Origin: Candidatus Woesearchaeota archaeon
Lineage (GTDB): Archaea > Nanobdellota > Nanobdellia > Pacearchaeales > GW2011-AR1
Direction: 5' to 3'
Length of the DNA stretch: 39,940 nucleotides
Assembly (NCBI GenBank): GCA_964545215.1
Contig: CAZJEV010000001.1
Location: 1 to 39,940, forward strand
Made by a program: the position numbers and the translations under genes. Under the pieces are notes generated by a model. It had not been told where the DNA came from. It was given only the letters and a program-made list of their open reading frames with translations, and searched no databases. The stretch's first letter is position 1, and each line of letters starts with the position of its first letter. This document shows positions 25,796 through 33,047 of this stretch, piece after piece.

Positions 25796-25872
25796 TTTTG
25801 AGCCTGAAGGTCGGAGATGAAATGCCAAAACAAGAGGAAGAAGTTCAGGCCGAAGCGAAGCAAGCTAGTTAA
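25796..25872 (+). other. 26-bp direct repeat copy 2 plus orphan in-frame SMC-like C-terminal tail
   Basis: It reads (F)LSLKVGDE-MPKQEEEVQAEAKQAS-stop. The first 8 residues are identical to the SMC sequence at copy 1. No gene body lies upstream; the rest of track ORF 25510-25872 is antisense to the MNT gene. Confidence 0.75.
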
Positions 25873-26100
25873 AACCTATTTTTTTAAACTTAGGATGCTC
25901 TAATTAAACATCCATTTTTGCCTTTTCCATGTTAATCTTATGTACATCAGGATGTACTTATTTACAAATCTTGTGGTCATTGCAATGTACATATCTTTTA
26001 ACTTTTAGATTCTCTGAAAGAATTGGAAAAGACTTAAGACAATCGGCAAGATAAAACTGCGAATTATATATAATTTTTAAGTAGTTACATTTAGAAAAAC

Positions 26101-26108
26101 TTATAAAG
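26101..26108 (+). promoter_or_regulatory. TATA-like element about 31 nt upstream of ATG 26132
   Basis: (C)TTATAAAG, the same geometry as at other gene starts in the window. Confidence 0.4.
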
Positions 26109-26131
26109 TGTATATCTTACTACTTTTTACT

Positions 26132-26269
26132 ATGAAGAAGAAACTTAGTATAAGCATTGAAGAGAAAACTATAGATAGTTCAGATTGCTTTATAGTAAAA
26201 GGTCTGTTTAGAAATAAAAGTCATCTTATTGAATTTGCACTAAATAAATTTTTAAAGAGAATAAAATGA
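26132..26269 (+). CDS. 45-aa RHH/CopG-like protein (below the ORF-track size cutoff)
   Basis: MKKKLSISIEEKTIDSSDCFIVKGLFRNKSHLIEFALNKFLKRIK has a beta-strand plus two helices with the ..S.LIE.AL..FL.. pattern. Its TGA overlaps the next ATG (ATGA). Confidence 0.55.
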   Translation: MKKKLSISIEEKTIDSSDCFIVKGLFRNKSHLIEFALNKFLKRIK

Positions 26270-28512
26270 GAGAAGCTAAAGAAAAATTTGATGGTTTAAT
26301 AGAAAGAATAAAATCCGGAAACCCAGTAAAATTCGGAGAAGCAGAAAGAGTATTTGCTGAAGCCTTTTTGTCACATTTCTTGAAGAATCTTGAAAGAAAC
26401 AGGCAGAGAGTGATAGATGCTATAAAGAAACAAGCAAGAGAAAGAGATGACGCATATTATGATGAAGGCGAAGAGCGGGAAGAATATGATGTTTCCAATG
26501 AAGATATTGCAAGGCATGAAATAGAAGGGATAAGAACTGTTGCTAGTGCTTTAGGTGTAAGGCCAAAAATATCACAACTAAATAAATATACAAGTTCTGC
26601 AATAAAATTAGGAGATTGGAATCTTTTAAAAGATATTCTCGGATTGTCTGAAGAAGGTAAGTTAGAAAGAGGCGCTTTAGAGGAAGTCGCTGTAAGCCAG
26701 CTTACTTACGGAACAAGAAGATCTTACAAAGAACTAAAAGAACAATTCCCAGACCTAGAATTAAGCCAGCAAAAATTATCCGATGAAGAATCTAAATTAA
26801 TTTATAAAGAGATTGTTGAGCAGCTCTATATGCTTGATAGAGATTTAAGAAATTCACAAGGGTTAGATAATATATCAAATATTGTTTCCAGAAGAGGCTT
26901 GAAGGCCATAATAGAATCAGGCTTAACAATTCCTGTTTTAGCATCTATTGAAGCTTTAAGCCCTTCTGTAGAGACTTCTACTCGTTTGTCTGATTTTGCT
27001 AAAAACGCAGACTATCAAGAAGGAAGAGAGTTGCAAAGAAGGTTCTATCATGGCCTTTCTTCATTGCAAGATTTAGAAAATGGTAAGGAAATCCTTGAGC
27101 ATGCGGCCTCTATTTCAAATAATGCAAGAAATTTAGCAAAAGTGTTGTCAGCAATATCCTTAGTAAGTAGAAGTTCAGATTTTCAATATCATTTTTCCTT
27201 AACTTCAGTAGAAAAAACTCTAAGAAACCTTAAGCTGCAGCTTGTAGATGGAGGCCTAAGAAAAATAGGCCTCACAGATCAAAATCTGGAAAAGTATTTA
27301 GAAAGAGTGGATAAAGATGAGAGATTTAGGAAAGTAGGAGACATTCTGACAACTCTTTCCAGCTATTCTCATTACCAAAATCCTAAACAGATAGGGTTGA
27401 TTAGAGAAATAATAGAGGCAGAATTGGAAGATAGATTTCCAGAATGGAGATATACTCATAATCTTGCATCAGAGCAATTAGCTGTTCTTGAAGATAGAAT
27501 TTCTGCATGGAAGGAAAATAGAAGAGTCACAAGATTGGTTGGAGAGCTAGATGCTTTAAAATCTCATGTAGATGCGGTTAGAGATTTATTTCCAAAGTTA
27601 CAGGAAAGTTATGGGCAGCATTACAAAATCACTCTAGATAGAGAAGAAGTAAAAGACTTGGAGAATAAAATCCGGAAAAATGAAGAGGCTTTAAGGCAAG
27701 GATTGCCTAAAAGTGAAGCCCGAGACTTAGGATACGAAACAGGATTGCTAAGGGAAAGAATTGCTTATACTAAATTACTAAAGGGGATTAAGGAGTTATC
27801 TACTGAAAGTTATGCCCAAATTTTAGCGATTGCACAAAATATATCTAAAAGAAGATCAAGAAATCCTCTTTTTGAAACTGCGCTATGGATAAAAGATACT
27901 TTAGACCAGCCAGTATATAGGGAAGCAAGAAGGATAATTGTAGCAGAGACGGATGACTTAGAAGATATGCTAAGAATGGGCGAGATACCTGTACCACACT
28001 GCCAGAATTGGAAGAATGATAATAATTTGAATAGGTCTTTATTGAGCTTTCCGGCTGATGCAAATAAGAAATTATACCACTTCGTAAATGGCGATGGCAA
28101 ACCATTTGGAATGAGTTTAATTAGATTAGTAGGCAATGGAAATATGCCTACATTATTAGTAGAAAACATTTACTCTAATGAATGGAGCGAGGACTATGGC
28201 ACTGCTTTTATCGGAAGTTTAGCAGATAAGGCCCTAGCAATTTATGAAGAAGCTGGAAAACCAGTAGCTATTGCAAGCCCCATACACTCTGGACATGAAG
28301 CTCATGGAAGAAAGAATATTCAAGTTTTAAACGCATTGAAGAGATTTGCTCAAAAATATAAAATTGAATTATATGAAGAAGATATTAGCATTAAAGCCGC
28401 TAGAAGTAAAAATACACACGAATATTGGGATTGCGGCTTCGGATTAGTAGAAAGCGGAAATGGAATTGAGCTTCCAGTAAAATATGTTCTATTTGGAGGT
28501 TCTAATGGATAA
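26266..28512 (+). CDS. 748-aa protein of unknown function (helical N-terminal region, Cys/His-bearing C-terminal domain)
   Basis: Long uninterrupted ORF with normal composition and no antisense alternative of comparable length. Motifs VPHCQNW (Cys579, 28000-28002), HSGHEAHG and YWDCGFG. No family recognised. Confidence 0.75.
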   Translation: MREAKEKFDGLIERIKSGNPVKFGEAERVFAEAFLSHFLKNLERNRQRVIDAIKKQARERDDAYYDEGEEREEYDVSNEDIARHEIEGIRTVASALGVRPKISQLNKYTSSAIKLGDWNLLKDILGLSEEGKLERGALEEVAVSQLTYGTRRSYKELKEQFPDLELSQQKLSDEESKLIYKEIVEQLYMLDRDLRNSQGLDNISNIVSRRGLKAIIESGLTIPVLASIEALSPSVETSTRLSDFAKNADYQEGRELQRRFYHGLSSLQDLENGKEILEHAASISNNARNLAKVLSAISLVSRSSDFQYHFSLTSVEKTLRNLKLQLVDGGLRKIGLTDQNLEKYLERVDKDERFRKVGDILTTLSSYSHYQNPKQIGLIREIIEAELEDRFPEWRYTHNLASEQLAVLEDRISAWKENRRVTRLVGELDALKSHVDAVRDLFPKLQESYGQHYKITLDREEVKDLENKIRKNEEALRQGLPKSEARDLGYETGLLRERIAYTKLLKGIKELSTESYAQILAIAQNISKRRSRNPLFETALWIKDTLDQPVYREARRIIVAETDDLEDMLRMGEIPVPHCQNWKNDNNLNRSLLSFPADANKKLYHFVNGDGKPFGMSLIRLVGNGNMPTLLVENIYSNEWSEDYGTAFIGSLADKALAIYEEAGKPVAIASPIHSGHEAHGRKNIQVLNALKRFAQKYKIELYEEDISIKAARSKNTHEYWDCGFGLVESGNGIELPVKYVLFGGSNG

Positions 28513-29428
28513 AGCATTTGTCTATCATGGCAAAGTTGAAAGCCTTGCAGAACAAGTTGAAGAATATAGAGATAGATTAAATAAAAGATACTTAGAAATA
28601 TTTGGCGAAAAGAATTATCAAAAGCTAGCTAGAGCTTCTCAGACTATTTTAACTCCTGAGAGCTTTATTAATACAAAGGATGAATTGGAGAAAATATCAG
28701 GGACCAAATTCACAGGCAAATCGCAGTGCAGTAAACTTATACTCATGGTAAGTCCAGATTTTGCTCTTAATCCAGATAGAACTTTTAAGCAAAAAAAGGT
28801 AAGAATTGCCCCTGGATTTTATGTTTCAGACGAGAGTTTCAAATATTCTGGAGCATCCGCATACTCTGAAAAGATTATTGCAACCTATGTTCATGAATTT
28901 AATCATTTTGCCTGGTTAGCCTTGCAAAAAACTCCTTTTTATGTCACAGAATCAACTTTATCCCGTGAAATTGGTTCTACAAGAACAGACGAAGACATTC
29001 GCAATCTTATTGAAAGATTAGAAATAGAAACAGCAAGGCCTTTAGAGCAAAAAAGAGAGATTTTAACAACAAGTCTTACCGCCTACATGATGCATGAGGG
29101 ATTTGAGCAAGCAAATAGGATTTTAGATAATTCTGTTTTAAGCAGTATAGGAATTAATGCTTCTATTCCTTATAGAAGACAAAAAAAGAAGTTTGCTCTA
29201 GGATATTCTTCTGCATTAAGGATGGCATTTGTTTTTCCTTTAGAAGGAGATTATTATTGGAATTTGTCTGATAAGCAAGCAATTAATAATTTCTTAGATT
29301 GGGAGGATTATCTCAATGTAATAATAAATGCACCGTTTATTCAACAAATTGTTAATTCAGTAAAATCTTTAGAAATTCAATTATTGCCCTTGACTGTATT
29401 AAGAAAAGAAATAGAAACTCAACAATGA
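28505..29428 (+). CDS. Cytoplasmic HExxH protein (putative metallopeptidase) of unknown family
   Basis: HEFNH at 28892-28906, with no signal peptide or TM. ATG 28505 overlaps the upstream stop (28510-28512) by 8 nt. ATG 28484 is the alternative start. Confidence 0.7.
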   Translation: MDKAFVYHGKVESLAEQVEEYRDRLNKRYLEIFGEKNYQKLARASQTILTPESFINTKDELEKISGTKFTGKSQCSKLILMVSPDFALNPDRTFKQKKVRIAPGFYVSDESFKYSGASAYSEKIIATYVHEFNHFAWLALQKTPFYVTESTLSREIGSTRTDEDIRNLIERLEIETARPLEQKREILTTSLTAYMMHEGFEQANRILDNSVLSSIGINASIPYRRQKKKFALGYSSALRMAFVFPLEGDYYWNLSDKQAINNFLDWEDYLNVIINAPFIQQIVNSVKSLEIQLLPLTVLRKEIETQQ

Positions 29429-29838
29429 ACCAAGAAAAATATTTAGAGCAATTAATGCAAAAAAGTGATTATTGTAAGTGTCAAGATTTAGCAGAGCTTT
29501 TTGAAAAAAGAAAAGCTGCCAGAAAATTGGAAATCAAATGTAAGTTCTTTAAAAGAAATGCAGACCTTAAAAATCCTCAGCAGGGAAATCAGGCTTTTCT
29601 TAGAGACTATCAAATAGAAGTAGGTAATTTAAAAAGCGCTGTGCAAGATTACTATAAATCGCTTTATCAACATGCAGCTGAGAAGAAAGTCTATTTTGCT
29701 TTGCATGATGCCATAAAAGAAAGAGTGGTTAAGTTTTTACCCTTAGAGAAGACACAGAGACTCTTAAGAAACTCTAATCCTATTATTTCTATCCATTGCC
29801 ATACCTGCAAACAGCAGATTGATGTTGCCCATCGCTAA
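29425..29838 (+). CDS. 137-aa protein with N-terminal CxC and C-terminal CxxC
   Basis: ATGA overlap with the upstream gene. CKC near the N-terminus and HCHTC near the C-terminus form a possible Zn site. Confidence 0.6.
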   Translation: MNQEKYLEQLMQKSDYCKCQDLAELFEKRKAARKLEIKCKFFKRNADLKNPQQGNQAFLRDYQIEVGNLKSAVQDYYKSLYQHAAEKKVYFALHDAIKERVVKFLPLEKTQRLLRNSNPIISIHCHTCKQQIDVAHR

Positions 29839-30212
29839 ACTCTTCTAGAATATTCATCATCTAAAATAAGGTCTTTAAGAATAATTCTGCCGTCTTTTTC
29901 TCTATTATAAATAATTCTGTCTCCTTTTGAGACTCGAATTGACCAACCACCAGTGCGTAATTTCTCTTCTCTGCCAAGACCTTTACTAATCTTATTAATT
30001 GCTCTTTTAATTGCATCTTCGTCGTATCCTCTGATTGCACGTTCAAAATGCTGTGTTCTTATGATATTTGGATTTTCAAGCTCGTGATGTGTAAGCTGTC
30101 TTTGCTTGTTGTATTCTCTACGCTCTTCTGCTTCAAGATGCCTGCGATATGATTTATTCTCTATAATACCACCGCAGCTTGCTGCGGGGATAAAGCTATA
30201 AGTTTGTAGAAC
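29835..30212 (-). pseudogene. RelE/ParE-family toxin-like reading frame without any ATG/GTG/TTG start
   Basis: The minus-strand frame is open for 125 codons. Its C-terminal about 78 aa read NIIRTQHFERAIRGYDEDAIKRAINKISKGLGREEKLRTGGWSIRVSKGDRIIYNREKDGRIILKDLILDDEYSRRV, matching the RelE/ParE pattern (..G.WSIRV..DRIIY..). It is absent from the ORF track because it has no canonical start, and no antitoxin gene lies upstream. Confidence 0.55.
30169..30189. repeat. GC-rich palindrome 1 (CCaCCGCAGC-TT-GCTGCGGGG)
   Basis: A perfect 7+2+7 core at 30172-30187, extended by CC/GG with one bulged A. It shares the AGCTTGCT centre with palindrome 2. Confidence 0.8.
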
Positions 30213-30265
30213 CTAGCGTTTAGATCGTCACATAAAGTTTTCAAGATAAAATCTAGTTTTCTTTT

Positions 30266-30577
30266 CTAGATGCCCCATAGCTTGCTATGGGGAGTTTCAC
30301 TATATGCAATTTTATCTTTTTCTGATAGGTTTTCCCATTTGTGCTTTCCAATCATATGGCTTAATTTTGACTCACGGGATTCATAAGCTTCTGATGAGCG
30401 ATAAGATAAAAGTCCTATGCCAACAGCAATAAAAACAATGCCTAATATTGAGCTGACTCCCTTTCCAATTTTCTCCGCAATAACAAATCCTGTAATAGAA
30501 GTATATGCATTGAGAAGAAAAAATATGCCTAAAATGACAGATAGAATTCCTAATACTTTCGTAGTTTTTATATGCAT
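30266..30577 (-). CDS. Small membrane protein (2 TM)
   Basis: Two hydrophobic segments (VLGILSVILGIFFLL, ILGIVFIAVGIGLL). The C-terminal 8 codons are encoded by palindrome 2. Confidence 0.5.
   Translation of the reverse strand: MHIKTTKVLGILSVILGIFFLLNAYTSITGFVIAEKIGKGVSSILGIVFIAVGIGLLSYRSSEAYESRESKLSHMIGKHKWENLSEKDKIAYSETPHSKLWGI
30273..30292. repeat. GC-rich palindrome 2 (CCCCATAGC-TT-GCTATGGGG)
   Basis: A perfect 9+2+9 palindrome that forms the last codons of the 30266-30577 ORF. Confidence 0.8.
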
Positions 30578-30662
30578 CCTGTTTATTTGTTTTTAATATT
30601 AATAAATATATTCTTTTATAAAAGAGACATAGCTTTATTTATCCTTTTTCATTAATAAATAA

Positions 30663-31253
30663 ATGGGAGCTTTAGCTGAATATGCCAGAAAAAGGAATTT
30701 TGAAAAAACCAAAGAGCCATCTGGAAAAAAGAGAATTAAATTAATAGACCTTAGTAAAGACAAGGCAAAGCCTACGAAAAATCCTAAATTTGTTGTGCAA
30801 ATGCATGATGCTTCTCACTTGCATCATGATTTCCGCCTTGAAATTTCTGGAGTTCTAGTGTCATGGGCGGTCCCTAAAGAGCTTCCGAATCCGGGAGAAA
30901 AAAGACTGGCAGTCATGACAGAAGATCATCCTTTAGATTATGGAAGCTTTGAAGGCATAATTCCTGAAGGCAACTACGGAGCTGGAACTGTAATGATATG
31001 GGATTATGGAAATTATGAGAATTATAATTATGGCAAAGGAAAATTAATAAATATGAAAGAATCTTTAAAAAATGGAAAGATTCATGTTATTCTTAATGGA
31101 AAAAAGCTTAAGGGAGATTACATTCTAGTAAAGTTTAAAGGACAGGAAAAAAATTGGCTAATAATGAGACCAAGGGCTGCAAAAAAAGAAAAAAGAGATG
31201 ATAAGTCTGCCTTAACAGGAAGGACATTGAAGCAGATTGAAAAAGAAGGATGA
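30663..31253 (+). CDS. LigD-type 3'-phosphoesterase (PE) domain protein, stand-alone
   Basis: FVVQMHDASHLHHDFRLEISGVLVSWAVPKELP..EDHPLDY..GAGTVMIWDYG..LKGDYILVK has the canonical LigD-PE pattern. Confidence 0.9.
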   Translation: MGALAEYARKRNFEKTKEPSGKKRIKLIDLSKDKAKPTKNPKFVVQMHDASHLHHDFRLEISGVLVSWAVPKELPNPGEKRLAVMTEDHPLDYGSFEGIIPEGNYGAGTVMIWDYGNYENYNYGKGKLINMKESLKNGKIHVILNGKKLKGDYILVKFKGQEKNWLIMRPRAAKKEKRDDKSALTGRTLKQIEKEG

Positions 31254-31310
31254 TTGTACTTTAGTTCTAAAAAGAGAAAGATTTATATATGAACTTATAT
31301 AAATATTAAT

Positions 31311-31583
31311 ATGAGTATATATAAAGAAAAAGAAATAATACATTATCCTAGTTTAAGAACAATGTTAATGGTAGAAAAAACTTTGAGAGAGGCTGATACT
31401 ATGATAGACAGAGAAGAGCTAAAAAGAAGATTACCCACTAAGATTATGCATCAAACGCTAAATTTAATATTGAGATATTTTGAAGAAAGGGGGATGATAA
31501 TCGACAGCCATAAAGGCATTTTATGGATCTATAATCCTAGTCCTAAATTGAAAAAAGCAATTGAAAATGCTAGGGAGATATAA
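31311..31583 (+). CDS. 90-aa putative antitoxin / wHTH-like protein
   Basis: It lies directly upstream of, and overlaps by 1 nt, a RelE-like gene. TTTATATA lies 29 nt upstream. Confidence 0.5.
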   Translation: MSIYKEKEIIHYPSLRTMLMVEKTLREADTMIDREELKRRLPTKIMHQTLNLILRYFEERGMIIDSHKGILWIYNPSPKLKKAIENAREI

Positions 31584-31957
31584 TGTTTCAAGGAAAAGAG
31601 GTGGTTGTAAAACTTTCTGAAGAGGCTGACCAAGTTTATCAAGAGTTGAATAAAATCGTTGGCGAAGAAAAGCTAAAAGGAATTGATAGTTCTTTTCATC
31701 AGACTTTATTAAGAAGCATTAATAGAGTTAGGGACTTGTTAAAACAAAATCCTTTTGCTGGCGATCAGGTAAAGAAGAAGCAAATTCCTCTAAAGTATAT
31801 TCAAAAATTTGATGTAGATAATGCTTGGAGAATTGAATTAGCTGACAGATGGAAATTAGTTTATACTATTACTGGAAATCAAATTGAAATAATCACATTT
31901 ATTATGGATATTTTTGATCATAAGGATTATGATAAGGTCTTTGGATATAAACATTAA
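31583..31957 (+). CDS. RelE/YoeB-like toxin
   Basis: ..LKQNPFAGDQV..NAWRIELADRWKLVYTITGNQIEIITFIMDIFDHKDYDKVFG fits the RelE-superfamily C-terminal pattern (W/YR..L...YRLVY.., H..Y). Confidence 0.65.
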   Translation: MFQGKEVVVKLSEEADQVYQELNKIVGEEKLKGIDSSFHQTLLRSINRVRDLLKQNPFAGDQVKKKQIPLKYIQKFDVDNAWRIELADRWKLVYTITGNQIEIITFIMDIFDHKDYDKVFGYKH

Positions 31958-31993
31958 GAAGTTTATTTAAATATAAAATAATTGGTAAGCAAA

Positions 31994-32887
31994 ATGAGCA
32001 AAGAAGAGATTATTAAAGTGGATGGAAAGGAAATAAAGCTGAGTAATATAGATAAAGTGCTTTTTCCTAAATCTGGGATTACCAAAGGCCAGGTAATTAA
32101 ATATTATTATAAAATATCTAAAAAAATGCTGCCTTATTTGAAAGACAGGCCTATTGCAATGCAGAGATTTCCAGACGGGATAAATAAAGAAGGCTTTTAT
32201 CAGAAAGATATTTCTGAATATTTTCCGGATTGGGTTGGGCATTTTGACATTCCGAAAAAAGAACATGGAAAGACAAAATATGTAATAATTGAAAAGACTG
32301 CTGACCTTGTTTATTTAGCAACGCAGGCAGTAATAACTGTTCATACTTTTCTTTCAAGAAAAGATAAATTGAATTATCATGATAAAATTGTGTTTGACTT
32401 AGACCCTAGCAAAGAAAATGATTTTGAAAATGTGAAAAAAGCTGCTTTAAAATTAAAAAAATTTCTTGAAAAACTAGGAATAAAGCCATTAGTAATGGCA
32501 ACTGGCTCCAGGGGGCTTCATATTATCATAATAATAAAAAGAAATGCCAATTATAAAGAAGTCAAGGAATTCATAGAAAAAATTGCGGAAAAATTTGCAA
32601 AGGAAAACAGAGACCTGATAAGCACTGAATTTATCAAGAAAAAAAGAGAAGGAAAGATTTTCCTGGATTACAGGAGAAATTATGAATCACAACATGCCGT
32701 TGCTCCTTATTCTATTAGAGCCGGAGAAGGAGCGCCAGTTGCAGTGCCTCTTTCCTGGAAAGAAGTTAATAAGAGCTTAAAACCAGATAAATATAATATA
32801 AAAAATATTTTTAAGAGGAAAAATAATCCGTGGAAAAACATGGGAAAAAACAAGGTAAATATTAAAAATATAATGGCTTCATTTTGA
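31994..32887 (+). CDS. LigD-type polymerase/primase (AEP PolDom), stand-alone
   Basis: KLSNIDKVLFPKSGITKGQVIKYYYKISKKMLPYLKDRPIAMQRFPDGI, FDLDPS and TGSRGLHIII. ATG 31994 has a TATA-like box 28 nt upstream; the track start 31982 is a TTG. Confidence 0.9.
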   Translation: MSKEEIIKVDGKEIKLSNIDKVLFPKSGITKGQVIKYYYKISKKMLPYLKDRPIAMQRFPDGINKEGFYQKDISEYFPDWVGHFDIPKKEHGKTKYVIIEKTADLVYLATQAVITVHTFLSRKDKLNYHDKIVFDLDPSKENDFENVKKAALKLKKFLEKLGIKPLVMATGSRGLHIIIIIKRNANYKEVKEFIEKIAEKFAKENRDLISTEFIKKKREGKIFLDYRRNYESQHAVAPYSIRAGEGAPVAVPLSWKEVNKSLKPDKYNIKNIFKRKNNPWKNMGKNKVNIKNIMASF

Positions 32888-32930
32888 CCTTTGTTCAAGT
32901 TCTCTAAGATTTGCATTTCGCTTTGTTGTA

Positions 32931-33025
32931 TTATAGATAATTCCCTTGATTAGTATAGGTTTTTGGAATTATCTATCACGATAATTCTGGACAAATACTT
33001 ATTCCAATTATCAGAATTATCGATA
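32931..33025 (+). repeat. 95-nt double-hairpin repeat, copy B
   Basis: Identical to copy A except for 2 substitutions and a 1-nt indel, all in the loop of hairpin 1. It lies between the convergent stops at 32887 (+) and 33048 (-). Confidence 0.9.
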
Positions 33026-33047
33026 TTTATAATAAATGTATATTCTA

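Noticed and set aside
25510-25872. A 120-aa plus-strand ORF.
   Set aside because: Its first about 80 codons are antisense to the well-supported MNT gene. Only the last 25 codons are meaningful, as the displaced SMC-like tail after the 26-bp repeat.
29861-30046. A listed 61-aa minus-strand ORF.
   Set aside because: It has no motif. The overlapping minus-strand frame without a canonical start carries a clear RelE/ParE pattern and better explains this DNA.
9814-33025. The two 95-nt repeats, considered as a CRISPR array or leader.
   Set aside because: There are only two copies, 23 kb apart, with no regular spacer architecture and no cas genes in the window.
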